Below, piece after piece: positions 31,097 through 42,153 of a stretch of 64,000 nt of DNA. The DNA comes from Ardenticatenaceae bacterium (lineage in GTDB: Bacteria > Chloroflexota > Anaerolineae > Promineifilales > Promineifilaceae), in contig JACKCB010000001.1 in NCBI GenBank assembly GCA_020634235.1, positions 442,945 through 506,944 of the forward strand, given 5' to 3'. The position numbers and the translations under genes were made by a program. A model generated the notes under the pieces. That model was given only the letters and a program-made list of their open reading frames with translations. It did not search any database and had not been told where the DNA came from. Within the stretch, counting starts at the first letter, position 1; each line of letters begins with the position of its first letter.

Positions 31097-32905
31097 ATGT
31101 CTACAACAGGCGTCATCTTGCTGGTGGCCATCGTCGGCGTTTTCGCCCTGGCGGTGTTCGCCCTGTTCGCCAAGTCCTTCCTGGGCCTGGTAGTCGTCAA
31201 CGAGCGCGAGGTCGGCGTGGTCATACGCAAGTTTGGCCGGGCGCTGCCCCCCGGCAAGCTCATTGCCACCAATAACGAAGCCGGCTTCCAGGCCGACACC
31301 CTACCCCCCGGCTGGCACTTCGGCTATTTCCCCTGGAAATACGCCGTGCGCAAAGCGCCGATGACCATCATCCCGGCCGGGCAAATTGGCCTGGTCCTCG
31401 CCGCCGACGGCTCCCCCACCCCGCCAGAGCGCATTCTTGGCCGGGCAGTGGATTGTGACAACTTCCAGGACGCACGCAAATTCCTCAAGAACCGCGGCGA
31501 AAAAGGGCGGCAGTTGGGCATCCTCACCGGCGGCACCTACCGCATCAACCCGGCCATCTTCACCGTGATCACCGCTGCCAACGCCACCGAACATGGCCTG
31601 CTGCCCGAAGCGCTTCAGGTATACAGCGTGCAGCCAGACCGCGTCGGCATCGTCACCACCCTGGACGGCGCGTCCATCGACGAGGGCGAGATCGCCGGGG
31701 CCATCATCCACGAACATGACAACTTCCAAAACGCCCAGGTGTTCCTGGACAGCGGCGGGCGGCGCGGCCTGCAAGAGCAGGTGCTGCTCTCCGGCTCGTG
31801 GAACCTCAATCCCTGGTTCGTCAAGGTAGAACAGGTACCCATGACCGAGATTCCCATCGGCCACGTAGGCATCGTCATCGCCTACGTGGGCAAGGAACAC
31901 CAGGATGTCAGCGGCGCATCTTTTAAGCATGGCAACCTGGTCGATCCCGGCCACAAGGGAGTGTGGGTCACGCCACTCTATCCGGGCAAGCACCCCATCA
32001 ATCCGCGGGTGATGAAGATTGAGCTGGTGCCCACCACAAACATCGTTCTAAACTGGGCCAGCCGTACCGAAGCGCACAAGTACGACGCCTACCTTTCGCC
32101 GATTACCGTGCGCTCCAAGGACGGCTTCGCCTTCAACCTCGACGTGGCCCAAATCATCCACATTGGCGCACCCGAAGCGCCCAAGGTCATCTCGCGCGTG
32201 GGGTCGGTGCAGAATCTGGTGGACCACGTGCTACAGCCTATTGTGGGCAACTACTTCCGCAACTCGGCCCAGGAGTATACGGTGTTGGACTTCCTGAGCG
32301 CGCGCAGCCAGCGCCAGGTGGAGGCCGCTGCACATATCCAGAAGGCGATCAGCCTGTATGATGTGCAGGCCATCGACACGCTCATTGGCGACATTACCCC
32401 GCCCGGCGAGCTAATGCTAACCCAGACGGACCGCAAGATCGCCGAGGAGCAGCGTAAGACCTATGAGGTGCAGCGCGAAGCGCAGTCTCAGCGGCAACTG
32501 CTGGTGCGCGAAACGGCCATGGCGGACATCCAGCAAGACATGGTGACGGCGGAACAGGGGGTGGCCATCGCCGACCTGCAGGGTCAGGCGAGCATCAAGC
32601 AGGCCCGCGGCGAGGCAGAGGCGACGCGGCTGCGAGCGCTGGGCGAGGCGGAAGCGATTCGCACCACGGGCAGCGCGCGGGCCGAGGCGTACCAGGCGGG
32701 CGTGCAGGCGCTGGGCACGCAGGGCTACACGGCTTTGCAGTTGATGCAAATTGTGGGGGAGCGCAATGTGCGCATTGTGTCGGACGTGGCAGTGAATGGC
32801 GCCGGCAGTGGCGGCCTGGTGGATGGTCTGCTGGGGATGGTGATGCACAGCCAGGTGCAGGCGAATGGGCACGGGTTGACCCCGGCCGGGAGTGGCGAAG
32901 GCTAA
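31097..32905 (+). CDS. flotillin-like SPFH domain protein
   Basis: N-terminal TM, SPFH core, and a long C-terminal coiled-coil with EA-rich repeats (EAEATRLRALGEAEAIRTTGSARAEA); GGAGG SD 9 nt before ATG at 31097. Confidence 0.85.
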   Translation: MSTTGVILLVAIVGVFALAVFALFAKSFLGLVVVNEREVGVVIRKFGRALPPGKLIATNNEAGFQADTLPPGWHFGYFPWKYAVRKAPMTIIPAGQIGLVLAADGSPTPPERILGRAVDCDNFQDARKFLKNRGEKGRQLGILTGGTYRINPAIFTVITAANATEHGLLPEALQVYSVQPDRVGIVTTLDGASIDEGEIAGAIIHEHDNFQNAQVFLDSGGRRGLQEQVLLSGSWNLNPWFVKVEQVPMTEIPIGHVGIVIAYVGKEHQDVSGASFKHGNLVDPGHKGVWVTPLYPGKHPINPRVMKIELVPTTNIVLNWASRTEAHKYDAYLSPITVRSKDGFAFNLDVAQIIHIGAPEAPKVISRVGSVQNLVDHVLQPIVGNYFRNSAQEYTVLDFLSARSQRQVEAAAHIQKAISLYDVQAIDTLIGDITPPGELMLTQTDRKIAEEQRKTYEVQREAQSQRQLLVRETAMADIQQDMVTAEQGVAIADLQGQASIKQARGEAEATRLRALGEAEAIRTTGSARAEAYQAGVQALGTQGYTALQLMQIVGERNVRIVSDVAVNGAGSGGLVDGLLGMVMHSQVQANGHGLTPAGSGEG

Positions 32906-32962
32906 CCCCGGCCCCCTACGTGCTGCGTGTTCCGCCGTGCCGGGTGGAACACGCGGCACCCA

Positions 32963-34909
32963 TCACTCATCCAGGGCCAGCCAGCACACGCCGTAGGGCG
33001 GCAGCCAGACATCATGTCCGTCTGCCAGCGGCTCCTCAGCCAGCAGATCGCGCAGGGGGCCGCCAAAGCCCAGCTCAAACAGGCGGTGGCGGGCAACAGC
33101 CTGGGCGCTTTCGGTGACATTGGCCAGCACCAACACCCGGCCGCGCGGGCTTTCACGCAGCAGGCCAAAAACCTGGTCGTTGTGGGTCCACACCGCCTGG
33201 GTGTGGGCCTGGGCATGCAGCGCAGGCGTGCGCTGGCGGGCGGCCACCAACGCGCAAATACCCTGGAAGACCCGGCCGGGGATGGTCTGTTCGTCCGTTC
33301 GCTGCGCCACCCTGGTCCAATCCATCCGTGGGCGGTGCAGCCAGCGGTTGTCATCCATCAGGCTGGGGTCGTCCAGGTAGCTGCCATCGTTCAGCAGCGC
33401 CAGTTCATCCCCCATGTAAAGCAGCGGGATACCGCCAAAGACCAGGATGAGATTGTGCAGCAGCAGCACGCGCCGCAGTGCCAGCTCGATCAGGCGCGAG
33501 TCACCTGCTTCCAGCGCTGCTTCCAGGCCGGCCAGCGAGGCCAGCGAACCACTGATCCGCCGGTCGCCCGTCTTGGGATTAAACTGGAAGGTTGCGCCGC
33601 GGGCAAAGCTGCCCTCGTAACGGCCGCTGTAGAAATCGCTGAGGAAGGCGCGGTGCAAGAAGCCATTCAGGCCAATGGCCGCCGCATCTTCATCGCGCAC
33701 CGCCCAGCCTATGTCATCGTGGCAGCGGGCATAGGTGAGCCAGGCCGTGCCGGAAGGAATGGCCGGCATCTGCTGCAGGGCATAGGTCATCAGGCGCGCA
33801 TTGCGCTCAGCCAGGCCGCTCCACAGCAGCACCATGAAGACGTTGTGGTAGGCTAGCTCGCACTCTTTGTTGGTGGCCAACCCCCGGCCGAGATAAGGAA
33901 TGAGCTTGTCGGGCGAGACGATGGCCTCGGCCAGCAGCAGTAACCCCGGCGCGGCCATGCGGCTGAGCGCCCGCCAGGCTTGCAAGATGGCGTGGGCTTC
34001 GGGCTGGTTCTGGCTGTCAGTGCCCAGCCGCTTCCACATGAAGGCCACGGCGTCCAGGCGCAGAATCTCCACGCCCTGGTTGGCCAGGAAAAGGATAATG
34101 TCTAGCATTTCGGCCAGCACGGCCGGGTTGCGGTAGTTCAGGTCCCACTGGTATTCGTTAAACGTGGTCCACACCCAGCGGTTGATGGCCTCGTAGTAGG
34201 TGAAATTGCCAGGCGCGAAGTCGGGGAAAACTTCGGGCAGGGTCTCTTCGTAGCGATCGGGCATCGCCCGGTCGGCATACATGATGTAGTAATCCTGGTA
34301 GCGCTGGTCGCCGGCCATAGCCTGCTGTGCCCAGGGGTGTTCTTTGGCGGTATGGTTGCACACCAGGTCGGTGCAGAGGCTGATGCCGTGCCGGCGCAGT
34401 TGGCCGGCCAGGCTGGCCAGATCGTCCATGCTGCCCAGCAGGGGGTTGACCTGGCGATAATCTTGCACGGCGTAGCCGCCGTCGTTGGGCCCCGGCCGGG
34501 GCCTTAGCAGCGGCATCAGGTGCAGGTAGGTCACGCCCAGCTCTTGCAGGTAGGAGATTTTCTCGGCGACCTGGGCCAGCGTACCGGCGAAGCGGTCGGT
34601 GTAGCAGACGTAGCCGACCATGTCTGACTGCTGGAACCAATCTGGCTCGATGGCCCGGTCCAGGTCTAGCAGGCGCAACGGCCCCGGCCGGGAGGCATAC
34701 CCCTGCGCCACCAGGTTAACCAGATGCCCCACCCAGGAATCAAAATCCGGCCGCTGGCCGTATAGCTGCCGCAGCGCCCGCAGCGCGTCCGGCATGTGTT
34801 GGGCAAAACGCAGCCGGAACAGTTCCTGCTCCAGCGGCTCCATCAACCGCAGCGGTCCATTAACCGCCTGCTCCAGATAGTGCGTCGAATCCATCATGTC
34901 AGGTTTCAC
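32963..34909 (-). CDS. GH13 alpha-amylase family enzyme, amylosucrase/sucrose-hydrolase-like
   Basis: GH13 conserved regions: [13 protein letters not shown] (region I), [11 protein letters not shown] (region II with the catalytic Asp). About 645 aa, as for amylosucrases. Confidence 0.75.
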   Translation of the reverse strand: MKPDMMDSTHYLEQAVNGPLRLMEPLEQELFRLRFAQHMPDALRALRQLYGQRPDFDSWVGHLVNLVAQGYASRPGPLRLLDLDRAIEPDWFQQSDMVGYVCYTDRFAGTLAQVAEKISYLQELGVTYLHLMPLLRPRPGPNDGGYAVQDYRQVNPLLGSMDDLASLAGQLRRHGISLCTDLVCNHTAKEHPWAQQAMAGDQRYQDYYIMYADRAMPDRYEETLPEVFPDFAPGNFTYYEAINRWVWTTFNEYQWDLNYRNPAVLAEMLDIILFLANQGVEILRLDAVAFMWKRLGTDSQNQPEAHAILQAWRALSRMAAPGLLLLAEAIVSPDKLIPYLGRGLATNKECELAYHNVFMVLLWSGLAERNARLMTYALQQMPAIPSGTAWLTYARCHDDIGWAVRDEDAAAIGLNGFLHRAFLSDFYSGRYEGSFARGATFQFNPKTGDRRISGSLASLAGLEAALEAGDSRLIELALRRVLLLHNLILVFGGIPLLYMGDELALLNDGSYLDDPSLMDDNRWLHRPRMDWTRVAQRTDEQTIPGRVFQGICALVAARQRTPALHAQAHTQAVWTHNDQVFGLLRESPRGRVLVLANVTESAQAVARHRLFELGFGGPLRDLLAEEPLADGHDVWLPPYGVCWLALDE

Positions 34910-36530
34910 TTCTTACATGCAGCCAATGGCTGGCATAGGGGCGCAGGCGGATGACAATGGGCCATTCGGCAATCCGCCAGGTCTGCCCCTGGTGCAGCAG
35001 GTCCACCAACTGCTGCCCAACGTAATGGCGCAGGTCCAGGCTGAACGAGGCGGCTTCGGCCGACAGGTTGTACAGGCAGAGGGTGCGCCGGTCGCCCAGG
35101 ACGCGCCAATAGCCAAAGACGGCCGGGTCGTCGTTGCCCAGCATTATCAGTTGGCCCTGGCGCAGTTCCGGGTGCTGGCGACGTACGCGCAGCAGGAAGC
35201 GGGTGGCGTTGAGGTAGCTGTTGGGGTCATCTTCCTGGGCAGCCACATTGACGCGCTGGTAGCCATATTCAGCGTCGGCGTTCACCGGGAAGTAGGTGGC
35301 CCCGGCCGGGGAGAAACCCCCGTTCGGCGAATCGTCCCATTGCATTGGTGTGCGGCAGCCATGCCTGTCCGGCAGGGCGATGTTGTCCCCCATGCCAATC
35401 TCGTCGCCGTAGTAGACGATGGGCGTGCCAATAAGCGACATCAGGATGCTGTTGAGGATGAGCCACTTGCCCTTGTGGTTGTCTATAAGTGGGGCCAGGC
35501 GGCGGCGGATGCCCAGGTTAGAGCGCATAGCCGGGTCGGGCGCGTATTGCTGCCACATCCATTCCCGCTCGTCGGGCGTGACCATCTCCAGGGTTAGCTC
35601 GTCGTGGTTGCGCAAGAAAGTGAGCCACTGCGCCCCGGCCGGGATGTCTGGGGTGGCAGCCAGGATGTCCAGGATGCTTTGCTTGTTGCCGCGGCGAATG
35701 GCCATGTAGAGGCGGGGCATGATGGGGAAATGGAAACACATGTGGAATTCGTCGCCATCCGCCCCAAAGTAGGGCAGCAGGTCCTGCGGCCACTGGTTGG
35801 CTTCGGCGATGAGCACCCGGCCGGGGTACTCCTCATCCATCATCCGGCGCACTTTGCGCAGAAACGCATGCGTCGGCGGCAGATTCTCACAGTTGGTGTC
35901 TTCGCGCTCATACAGATAGGGCACCGCATCCGCCCGGAAGCCGTCTATGCCCATATCCAGCCAAAAGCGGATGATGTTGAACATCTCTTCATGCACCGCC
36001 GGATTGTCGTAGTTCAGGTCGGGCTGGCTGCTGTAGAAGCGATGCCAGAAATATTGTCCGGCCACCTCATCATACGTCCAGTTGGCGCTTTCATAGTCCA
36101 GGAAGATGATACGGGCGCCGGCATATTCCCGGCCGGTGTCGCTCCAGACGTAGTAATCGCGGTAGGGGGAGTGCCGGTCTTGCCGCGCCGCCTGAAACCA
36201 GGGGTGCTGGTCGGAGGTGTGGTTCATCACCAGGTCAATGACTACCTTTAGCCCCCGCTGGTGGGCTGCGGCCAAAAACGCCCGGAAATCATCCAGGCTG
36301 CCGTAGTCAGGATGAATGCCGTAATAATCGGCTACGTCATAGCCATCATCTTTCAGGGGGGAGGGGTAGTGCGGCAGAATCCAGATACAGTCCACACCCA
36401 GCGATTGGATATGGTCCAGCTTCTCAATGGCCCCGCGAAAATCGCCGCTGCCACTGCCATTGCTGTCCTTGTAGGCCCGCAAGTAGAGTTCGTAGAATAC
36501 GGTATCCTGATACCATAATGAATCGGTCAT
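34899..36530 (-). CDS. treS: trehalose synthase / maltose alpha-D-glucosyltransferase-like GH13 enzyme
   Basis: N-terminus [28 protein letters not shown]; [14 protein letters not shown]; [10 protein letters not shown] (catalytic Asp). About 540 aa. Confidence 0.7.
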   Translation of the reverse strand: MTDSLWYQDTVFYELYLRAYKDSNGSGSGDFRGAIEKLDHIQSLGVDCIWILPHYPSPLKDDGYDVADYYGIHPDYGSLDDFRAFLAAAHQRGLKVVIDLVMNHTSDQHPWFQAARQDRHSPYRDYYVWSDTGREYAGARIIFLDYESANWTYDEVAGQYFWHRFYSSQPDLNYDNPAVHEEMFNIIRFWLDMGIDGFRADAVPYLYEREDTNCENLPPTHAFLRKVRRMMDEEYPGRVLIAEANQWPQDLLPYFGADGDEFHMCFHFPIMPRLYMAIRRGNKQSILDILAATPDIPAGAQWLTFLRNHDELTLEMVTPDEREWMWQQYAPDPAMRSNLGIRRRLAPLIDNHKGKWLILNSILMSLIGTPIVYYGDEIGMGDNIALPDRHGCRTPMQWDDSPNGGFSPAGATYFPVNADAEYGYQRVNVAAQEDDPNSYLNATRFLLRVRRQHPELRQGQLIMLGNDDPAVFGYWRVLGDRRTLCLYNLSAEAASFSLDLRHYVGQQLVDLLHQGQTWRIAEWPIVIRLRPYASHWLHVRSET

Positions 36531-36599
36531 GACTCGTCCTATTTAAGCCGCTTGGCCTGGCCGCCAGTCAGTTTTAGGATGGCCGGCGGACAGGTTGTT

Positions 36600-37628
36600 T
36601 CAGGGTATGCCCCAGATGACGACGTGCCCTCCGGCGGTGCCGCCAAGGAGCAGCCGGCCGTTGGGGGAAAAGGTGATGCTGAGGATCCCGGCCGGGTCGC
36701 CAGTGATAACACTCAGCAGTTGCCCGTCGGAGACCTGCCACAAGCGCACGGTGCCATCGGCCCCGGCCGTGGCCACCAGGGTGCCATCCGGCGAGAAAGC
36801 CAGCGCGTAAACCGACCCCTCATGCCCAGCCAGCGAATGCAGCGCTTTGCCATCGGCCAGGTTCCAGAGCGTGGCCGTGCCATCCCCCGCAGCACTGCCC
36901 ACGTAGGTTCCCTGCGGCGAAAAGGCCACGCTGTTAATCCAGCGGCTGTGGGTGCCCAGCACCACTGGTTCCGGCACCAGCGCCCCCATGGGCCATAACA
37001 GCACCACGTAATCACGCCCGACCGAGGCCAGCAGTTCGCCGTTGGGCGAAAAGGCCACGCCGTTGACCGCGTCTAGATGACCGCTGAGGGCCGTGTGCCC
37101 ATTGCTGTTACCGGTAAGCGGCCACCACCAGATGGACGCGTCATTGGCCGCCGCCACCAGGCTCTGGCCATCCGGGGCAAAGGCCACGCTGTTGATGGTT
37201 GCTCCTTGCCCGGCCAGCAGGCGCTGCTGTTGGCCGCTGGCCACGTCCCACAGCCGAACGGTGTTATCGGCTGAGCCAGAGGCAACCGTCTGGCTGTCGG
37301 GCGAGAGGGCGACGCTGCGCACGGCCCCTTCGTGGCCGGTGAGGGTGAACAACGGCTGGCCGTCGCTGGCGCGCCACAGGCGCACGGTTGTGTCAAACGA
37401 GCCGGAGGCGATGGTCTGGCCGTCGGGGGAGACCACGACGCTGCGCACGGCGTCGCTGTGGCCGGCAAGGCTGGCCAGTTCGGCCAGTTGGTCCACGTTG
37501 GCGGCGCTGATGACGGCCTGGCTCACGATGAGCGGAGCCCCGGCCGGGGCAGCGTCGGGCGGTGACTGGCAGCCGGCCAGGAGCAACAGCAGCAGCAGGA
37601 GCAGGCCCGGCCACAACGCCAGGCGCAT
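36600..37628 (-). CDS. WD40 repeat (7-bladed beta-propeller) lipoprotein
   Basis: Seven tandem about-42-aa repeats ending in WD or LW (SGSFDTTVRLWR, SGSADNTVRLWD, ...). Signal peptide with lipobox LLLAGC at ATG 37628. Confidence 0.85.
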   Translation of the reverse strand: MRLALWPGLLLLLLLLLAGCQSPPDAAPAGAPLIVSQAVISAANVDQLAELASLAGHSDAVRSVVVSPDGQTIASGSFDTTVRLWRASDGQPLFTLTGHEGAVRSVALSPDSQTVASGSADNTVRLWDVASGQQQRLLAGQGATINSVAFAPDGQSLVAAANDASIWWWPLTGNSNGHTALSGHLDAVNGVAFSPNGELLASVGRDYVVLLWPMGALVPEPVVLGTHSRWINSVAFSPQGTYVGSAAGDGTATLWNLADGKALHSLAGHEGSVYALAFSPDGTLVATAGADGTVRLWQVSDGQLLSVITGDPAGILSITFSPNGRLLLGGTAGGHVVIWGIP

Positions 37629-37833
37629 ATCAGACACAGTCACGCTCCCCCGGGTAGCGTTTTCGGCAACTCATCGTTACTATCTCTAGAATCTGGAACG
37701 CCGGGTGGCAGTTGTGGGTGGTCTGACAACCTGGGCCGTGGTCGTTCCGCTATGATGTTTGCTGGCGGCCGGTGCCGTGCCGTTCACGATTTGCGAACGA
37801 GATGACATGAGCGCAAGTGCAAGATCATAAATG

Positions 37834-37998
37834 AGAATGGAGCGCGGTCTGCCGGGCCGCATAGGGCGAGCAAGCTGCTCGCGCTCCCATTTACGAAGGA
37901 GACACCACGCGCCTACGGCGCACCAGCAAATGAATGAAAATGCGGAGCGCTGTCTGCCAGACCGCAAAGGGCGGACGAGCTGTCCGCGCTCCATTTTC
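37834..37998. repeat. structured small dispersed repeat, two hairpin units plus linker; inverted copy at 51991-52088
   Basis: Unit 1 (37836-37892) and unit 2 (37937-37998) each carry terminal inverted repeats AAAATGGAGCGCGG...CCGCGCTCCATTTT with an inner GC-rich hairpin. The reverse complement of 37893-37998 matches 51991-52088 with only a few substitutions. Confidence 0.7.
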
Positions 37999-38011
37999 AG
38001 AGGAGGCAATC

Positions 38012-38506
38012 ATGTGTCAGTCCCGGCCGGGGAGCCACAAACCACCAGCCGTTACCGCAGGCCTGGTACTCATGCTCTGGCTGTTGGTGGCGTGCGCCAG
38101 TGCCACCGCCGTGCCTCCCCATCCCCCACTGGACGCAACCTACGCCGCCCAACTGGCGGCCCTGCGTGATCCGGCGGTACCCGAGCTGCCTTTTGCCGAC
38201 AATCCAGACCCCAGCCAGTGTGGTATTCCGAGCCGCTGGGGCCAGGAGGACCTGGCCTGGCTGACTGGCCTCTACGAAGGCCAGATGGTTCAGGAGGAGG
38301 TCTTGCTGTATGACAGCCACCTGCGGCTGAAGATTACGGCCAGCGCGCCGCACGGCAGCCAGGTCCGGGTATTGCTGTTCCAGCAGAATCCGGTGATCGA
38401 TTATTATCTGGTGAAGGTTGCCGGTGCCGAACCGCCCAATGAGGGTTGGGTACCGGCACCTTTTCTGTCGTTCGAAGCGGTTGAAACAGGGCCGGAGCAG
38501 GAATGA
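38012..38506 (+). CDS. hypothetical lipoprotein (164 aa)
   Basis: AGGAGG SD 5 nt before ATG at 38012; signal peptide with lipobox LLVACA; no recognisable domain. Confidence 0.55.
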   Translation: MCQSRPGSHKPPAVTAGLVLMLWLLVACASATAVPPHPPLDATYAAQLAALRDPAVPELPFADNPDPSQCGIPSRWGQEDLAWLTGLYEGQMVQEEVLLYDSHLRLKITASAPHGSQVRVLLFQQNPVIDYYLVKVAGAEPPNEGWVPAPFLSFEAVETGPEQE

Positions 38507-38538
38507 TCCCGGCCGGGGCAGCACCAATGCAGCGACGA

Positions 38539-39405
38539 TTAACCCTTCACCGCACCTGCCGTCAACCCTTCCACAATCTTCTGCTGGAAGACAAGCACCA
38601 GGATTAGCAGCGGAATCGTCACCACCACCGCCGCAGCCATAATCTCGCCAAACGGTTCCTGGCGGGCAATCTGCCCGGTGAAGAGGGCGATGACCACCGG
38701 CACCGTGCGCGCCTGCACCTCGATCGTGGTGAAGGTTAGGGCAAACAGATACTCATTCCAGGCGGCAATGAATGCCAGCAGGCCAGTTGTCACCAGCGCC
38801 GGAATGGTTAGCGGCAGCAGAATCTTGTAGAAGGTCTGGAACGGCGTAGCCCCATCGACCTGGGCCGACTGCATTAGCTCAACCGGCAGCCCCTGGAAGA
38901 ACGAAGTCATCACCCAGGCAGTAAACGGCAGGGTAAACAGCATGTAAGACAAGATCATACTGGGGATCGCCGGAATCTTCAGCGCGTTAATCACCGCATA
39001 AAGGCCGGTGAGTACCGCGACCTGGGGAAACATTGTCATCGACAAGATGAGGTAGAGCGAGGGCGTTTTGCCCCGGAAGCGCAGTTTACCCAGGGCAAAG
39101 GCGGCAAATGCCCCAATGACCAGCGCCAGCAGGGTGGTAGAGATCGCCACAATGGCACTGTTGACAATGCCCCTTAGGAAGGCCTCGTTCTGGAAGACGG
39201 CACTGTAGTTGGCAAAGGTCGGCGAAAAGCTTAGATCAAAGGGGTCCCGCGGCACGTAGGTCGCCGGCGTCATTTGCAGTTGGTTCTCCGTCTTCATGGA
39301 GGAATTGATCGCCCAATAGAACGGAAACAAGAGATAGAAAGCAATGACGAGTAGCAGGAAGTAAAAGACAATGCGGCCAATGAGCTGTTTCTGTTTTCTA
39401 GTCAT
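38539..39405 (-). CDS. carbohydrate ABC transporter permease (MalG-like)
   Basis: Six-TM permease carrying the EAA-like motif region of the sugar ABC TMD family. Confidence 0.85.
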   Translation of the reverse strand: MTRKQKQLIGRIVFYFLLLVIAFYLLFPFYWAINSSMKTENQLQMTPATYVPRDPFDLSFSPTFANYSAVFQNEAFLRGIVNSAIVAISTTLLALVIGAFAAFALGKLRFRGKTPSLYLILSMTMFPQVAVLTGLYAVINALKIPAIPSMILSYMLFTLPFTAWVMTSFFQGLPVELMQSAQVDGATPFQTFYKILLPLTIPALVTTGLLAFIAAWNEYLFALTFTTIEVQARTVPVVIALFTGQIARQEPFGEIMAAAVVVTIPLLILVLVFQQKIVEGLTAGAVKG

Positions 39406-40492
39406 TGTTTATCCCCAGGGAGCGAATGTATAGAACGGCAAAAATGGTAATGAAAATCAGGATAACCACACTCGTGGCCGAAGAATAGCCCATCCTTTGC
39501 CCGTTGATTAGCTCGTAGTAGGCATAACTGGCCATGGAATAGCGCTTCTGCGCCAGCACAATCTGGAACAGGTCAAACACGCGCAGAGCATCCAGGGTGC
39601 GGAAGACCAGGGCTACCGCCAGGGTAGGACGCAACAAGGGGAGGGTGATCTGCCAAAATTGGCGAACCTTGCCCGCGCCGTCTACGTCAGCCGCTTCATA
39701 CAGGTCGCCGGGGATGAGTTGCAGCCCGGCCAGCAGGAGCAGAGCCATGAAGGGGGTGGTTTTCCAAACGTCGATGGTGATCATGGCCGGCAGTTGGTAG
39801 CTCTTGTTCACCAGCCAGGCCACCGGTTCGTCGATGATGCCTAATTGCTGCAACATGACGTTGATGATTCCAACGCGCGTAGAAGCAAACATCCATTCCC
39901 ACATACGCGAGGAGACGGCGGTGGGGATGGCCCAGGGCACGAGCATGATCATGCGCATCAGGCCCCGGCCGGGGAAGGGTATGTTCACCACCAGGGCAAT
40001 ACCTAACCCAAGCACCGTTTCCAGAACCACCGAAATAATGGAAAAAGTAACCGTATCTTTAATCGCCAGGATGAAGTCCCGGTCAGTCGCTCCCAGCACA
40101 TATTGGTTGCCAAACAGACTAAACTGCGTCACCTCCCGGTAGCGGCGCGGTTCACGCGGCAACACGTTCACTGCGGTGTCAAATACAGGCTGCCCATTCT
40201 CATCGACCACTGGGGCACCACTCTCATCAAGTGCGGGGGGCAGTTGCTTGATGGTGACGCTCAAAAGCTTGGCATAGTTTTCCAAACCGACGAAGTTCGG
40301 TTCCTGGGCACTGGCAAAGACCCGGTCTGTCATGCTAAAAGCAAAAACAGAACCCAATGGATAAAAAGCAATCAGGATCAGGACAACAAGCGTTGGTAAG
40401 AGCAGTAAGTAAGCCAGTCGCTCTTCGCGTTTAGCCAGATCGCCGATGCCACCCTTCTTCTCTGGCGCTGCAATCGCACCCATGATGAACAC
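39398..40492 (-). CDS. carbohydrate ABC transporter permease (MalF-like)
   Basis: Polytopic permease; 8-bp overlap with the downstream permease gene, as expected in an operon. Confidence 0.85.
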   Translation of the reverse strand: MFIMGAIAAPEKKGGIGDLAKREERLAYLLLLPTLVVLILIAFYPLGSVFAFSMTDRVFASAQEPNFVGLENYAKLLSVTIKQLPPALDESGAPVVDENGQPVFDTAVNVLPREPRRYREVTQFSLFGNQYVLGATDRDFILAIKDTVTFSIISVVLETVLGLGIALVVNIPFPGRGLMRMIMLVPWAIPTAVSSRMWEWMFASTRVGIINVMLQQLGIIDEPVAWLVNKSYQLPAMITIDVWKTTPFMALLLLAGLQLIPGDLYEAADVDGAGKVRQFWQITLPLLRPTLAVALVFRTLDALRVFDLFQIVLAQKRYSMASYAYYELINGQRMGYSSATSVVILIFITIFAVLYIRSLGINND

Positions 40493-40579
40493 CTCCTCCT
40501 TGCAAGCAGCAGCTTAGGGAATGAGGCGAGGGGAAGCGTCTCTTCCCCTCGCCTCATGAATTACAGACTAGCAGGCAGC

Positions 40580-41971
40580 CTAGGGTTGTTGGCGAGCCTC
40601 AAACCCAAGCAGGTCTTGCAGGTCAAGCTCCAGTTCCGCAAAGGCGGTCGTGGCGTCTGAGTCGCCGGTGAGCACGGAGTGCACAGCGCGGAAGAACAGC
40701 GCCGAAGTGTCGCTGTACTGCGGCGCAGTGGCCGTGGAGGGCCGGGCGACCGCATTGATGAAGACGTCATACAGGCTGCCAAAGAATGGCGTTGCGGCCA
40801 GAACGTCGGCATCCTCGTAAAGCGCCTTGATGGTGGGATTGTAGCTGGCTTCAATAGCGCGTACTTTTTGCTCTTCATAGGAAGCCAGGAACAGCGCGAA
40901 GGCGGCCGCTTCGGCCGGGTGGTCGCTGTACTTGGAGACGGCCAACTGCCAGCCGCCGAGGGTCGCCGCAGGGCTGCCCTTCCCGGCCGGGAGCGGGGAA
41001 ACGTCGAACTTGTCTTTCACCACACTGTCGTCCGCATTGCCCAGCGAGTAGGCGTAGGGCCAGTTGCGCATGAAGGCCGCGTTACCCGCCTGCCACACAC
41101 CACGCGCATCTTCTTCACCAAAGCCGGTGACGCCTGGCGGGGAGATAGTATCTACCCAGCCGGAGGCCTGGTCGACGATCTCGATAGCATTGGGGTTATT
41201 GATGGTGATGACCTTGTCCGGCGTAACGATGGTGCCACCGTCATTGGAGGCAATCCACTCCAGCGCGTCACAGGTCAGACCTTCATAGGCATTACCCTGC
41301 CACACATAGCCCCAGAAGTCCGCGTTCCCTTCACCACGCTCACCTTCCTGGATCACGGCGGCCATCTCTTCCAGTTCCGTCCAGGTTGTGGGCGGACCAT
41401 CATAGCCATACTTCTCCAGCAGGTCAGTGCGATAGTAAAGCAGACCAGCGTCAGTGAACCAGGGGATACCCAGCAACTGGCCACCCACGGTGTTGTTCTC
41501 AATGATGGCATCGAAATGCTCACCAGCCACATCGGCCGCACCGTATTGGTTCAGGTCAATCAGGTGCTCGGCCAGGTCGCCCGGCCAGATAACGTCGATC
41601 TGGAAGACGTCGCCCTGGTTGGACTTGGCTTCGAACAACTGCAGATAGGTGCCCAGGCGGTCTTCCACGAAGTCCGGGGTGTCTACCACTTCAATCGTGA
41701 TACCGGGGTTGGCTTCCATGAAACGAGCCGCGGCAGCCTTGCTCAACGCCAGCTCATCGCCAACGTTACCGGCAAACAGGCGCAGGGTGATCCCTTCGGC
41801 CATGTCGCCACCAGTATCGCCAGTATCAGCGGTGTCACCGGTGTCTGCCGGCACTTCGGTCGCGGTCTCAGTGTTGCCACTGTTGGTTGTACTGGTGCCG
41901 CCGCAAGCCACCAGGGCCAGGGACAAGATCAGCAGCAAACCTAACAACGTGAAAAGTCTCTTATTCAACAT
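40580..41971 (-). CDS. sugar ABC transporter substrate-binding lipoprotein
   Basis: GGAGGA SD; signal peptide with lipobox LALVACGG; acidic low-complexity linker, then an SBP_bac_1-like body. Confidence 0.85.
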   Translation of the reverse strand: MLNKRLFTLLGLLLILSLALVACGGTSTTNSGNTETATEVPADTGDTADTGDTGGDMAEGITLRLFAGNVGDELALSKAAAARFMEANPGITIEVVDTPDFVEDRLGTYLQLFEAKSNQGDVFQIDVIWPGDLAEHLIDLNQYGAADVAGEHFDAIIENNTVGGQLLGIPWFTDAGLLYYRTDLLEKYGYDGPPTTWTELEEMAAVIQEGERGEGNADFWGYVWQGNAYEGLTCDALEWIASNDGGTIVTPDKVITINNPNAIEIVDQASGWVDTISPPGVTGFGEEDARGVWQAGNAAFMRNWPYAYSLGNADDSVVKDKFDVSPLPAGKGSPAATLGGWQLAVSKYSDHPAEAAAFALFLASYEEQKVRAIEASYNPTIKALYEDADVLAATPFFGSLYDVFINAVARPSTATAPQYSDTSALFFRAVHSVLTGDSDATTAFAELELDLQDLLGFEARQQP

Positions 41972-42153
41972 GTTTTTCTTTTCCTCCTAACTGGAAAACT
42001 ACTAAATGGTTTGTCAATCTTTCGGCTGTTGGGAACAGTACTTGTCGTTGACTTATCTTGGTCACCTCCTAGATATTCATAGGGTTTATTCGATGCCCAT
42101 CCCGGCCGGGGTTACAAACACCATCCCCAACCAGAATGTTGGAATTTGTCAAA

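Noticed and set aside
37834-37998. CRISPR array
   Set aside because: There are only two units, with unrelated terminal inverted-repeat architecture and a single linker. An inverted copy occurs 14 kb away, no cas genes are present, and I saw no regularly spaced direct repeats anywhere in the window.
37831-38169. 112-aa ORF starting inside the repeat element
   Set aside because: It is encoded by the hairpin repeat itself (MRMERGLPGRIGRASCSR...). It is out of frame with the downstream lipoprotein gene, which has a proper AGGAGG SD and signal peptide.
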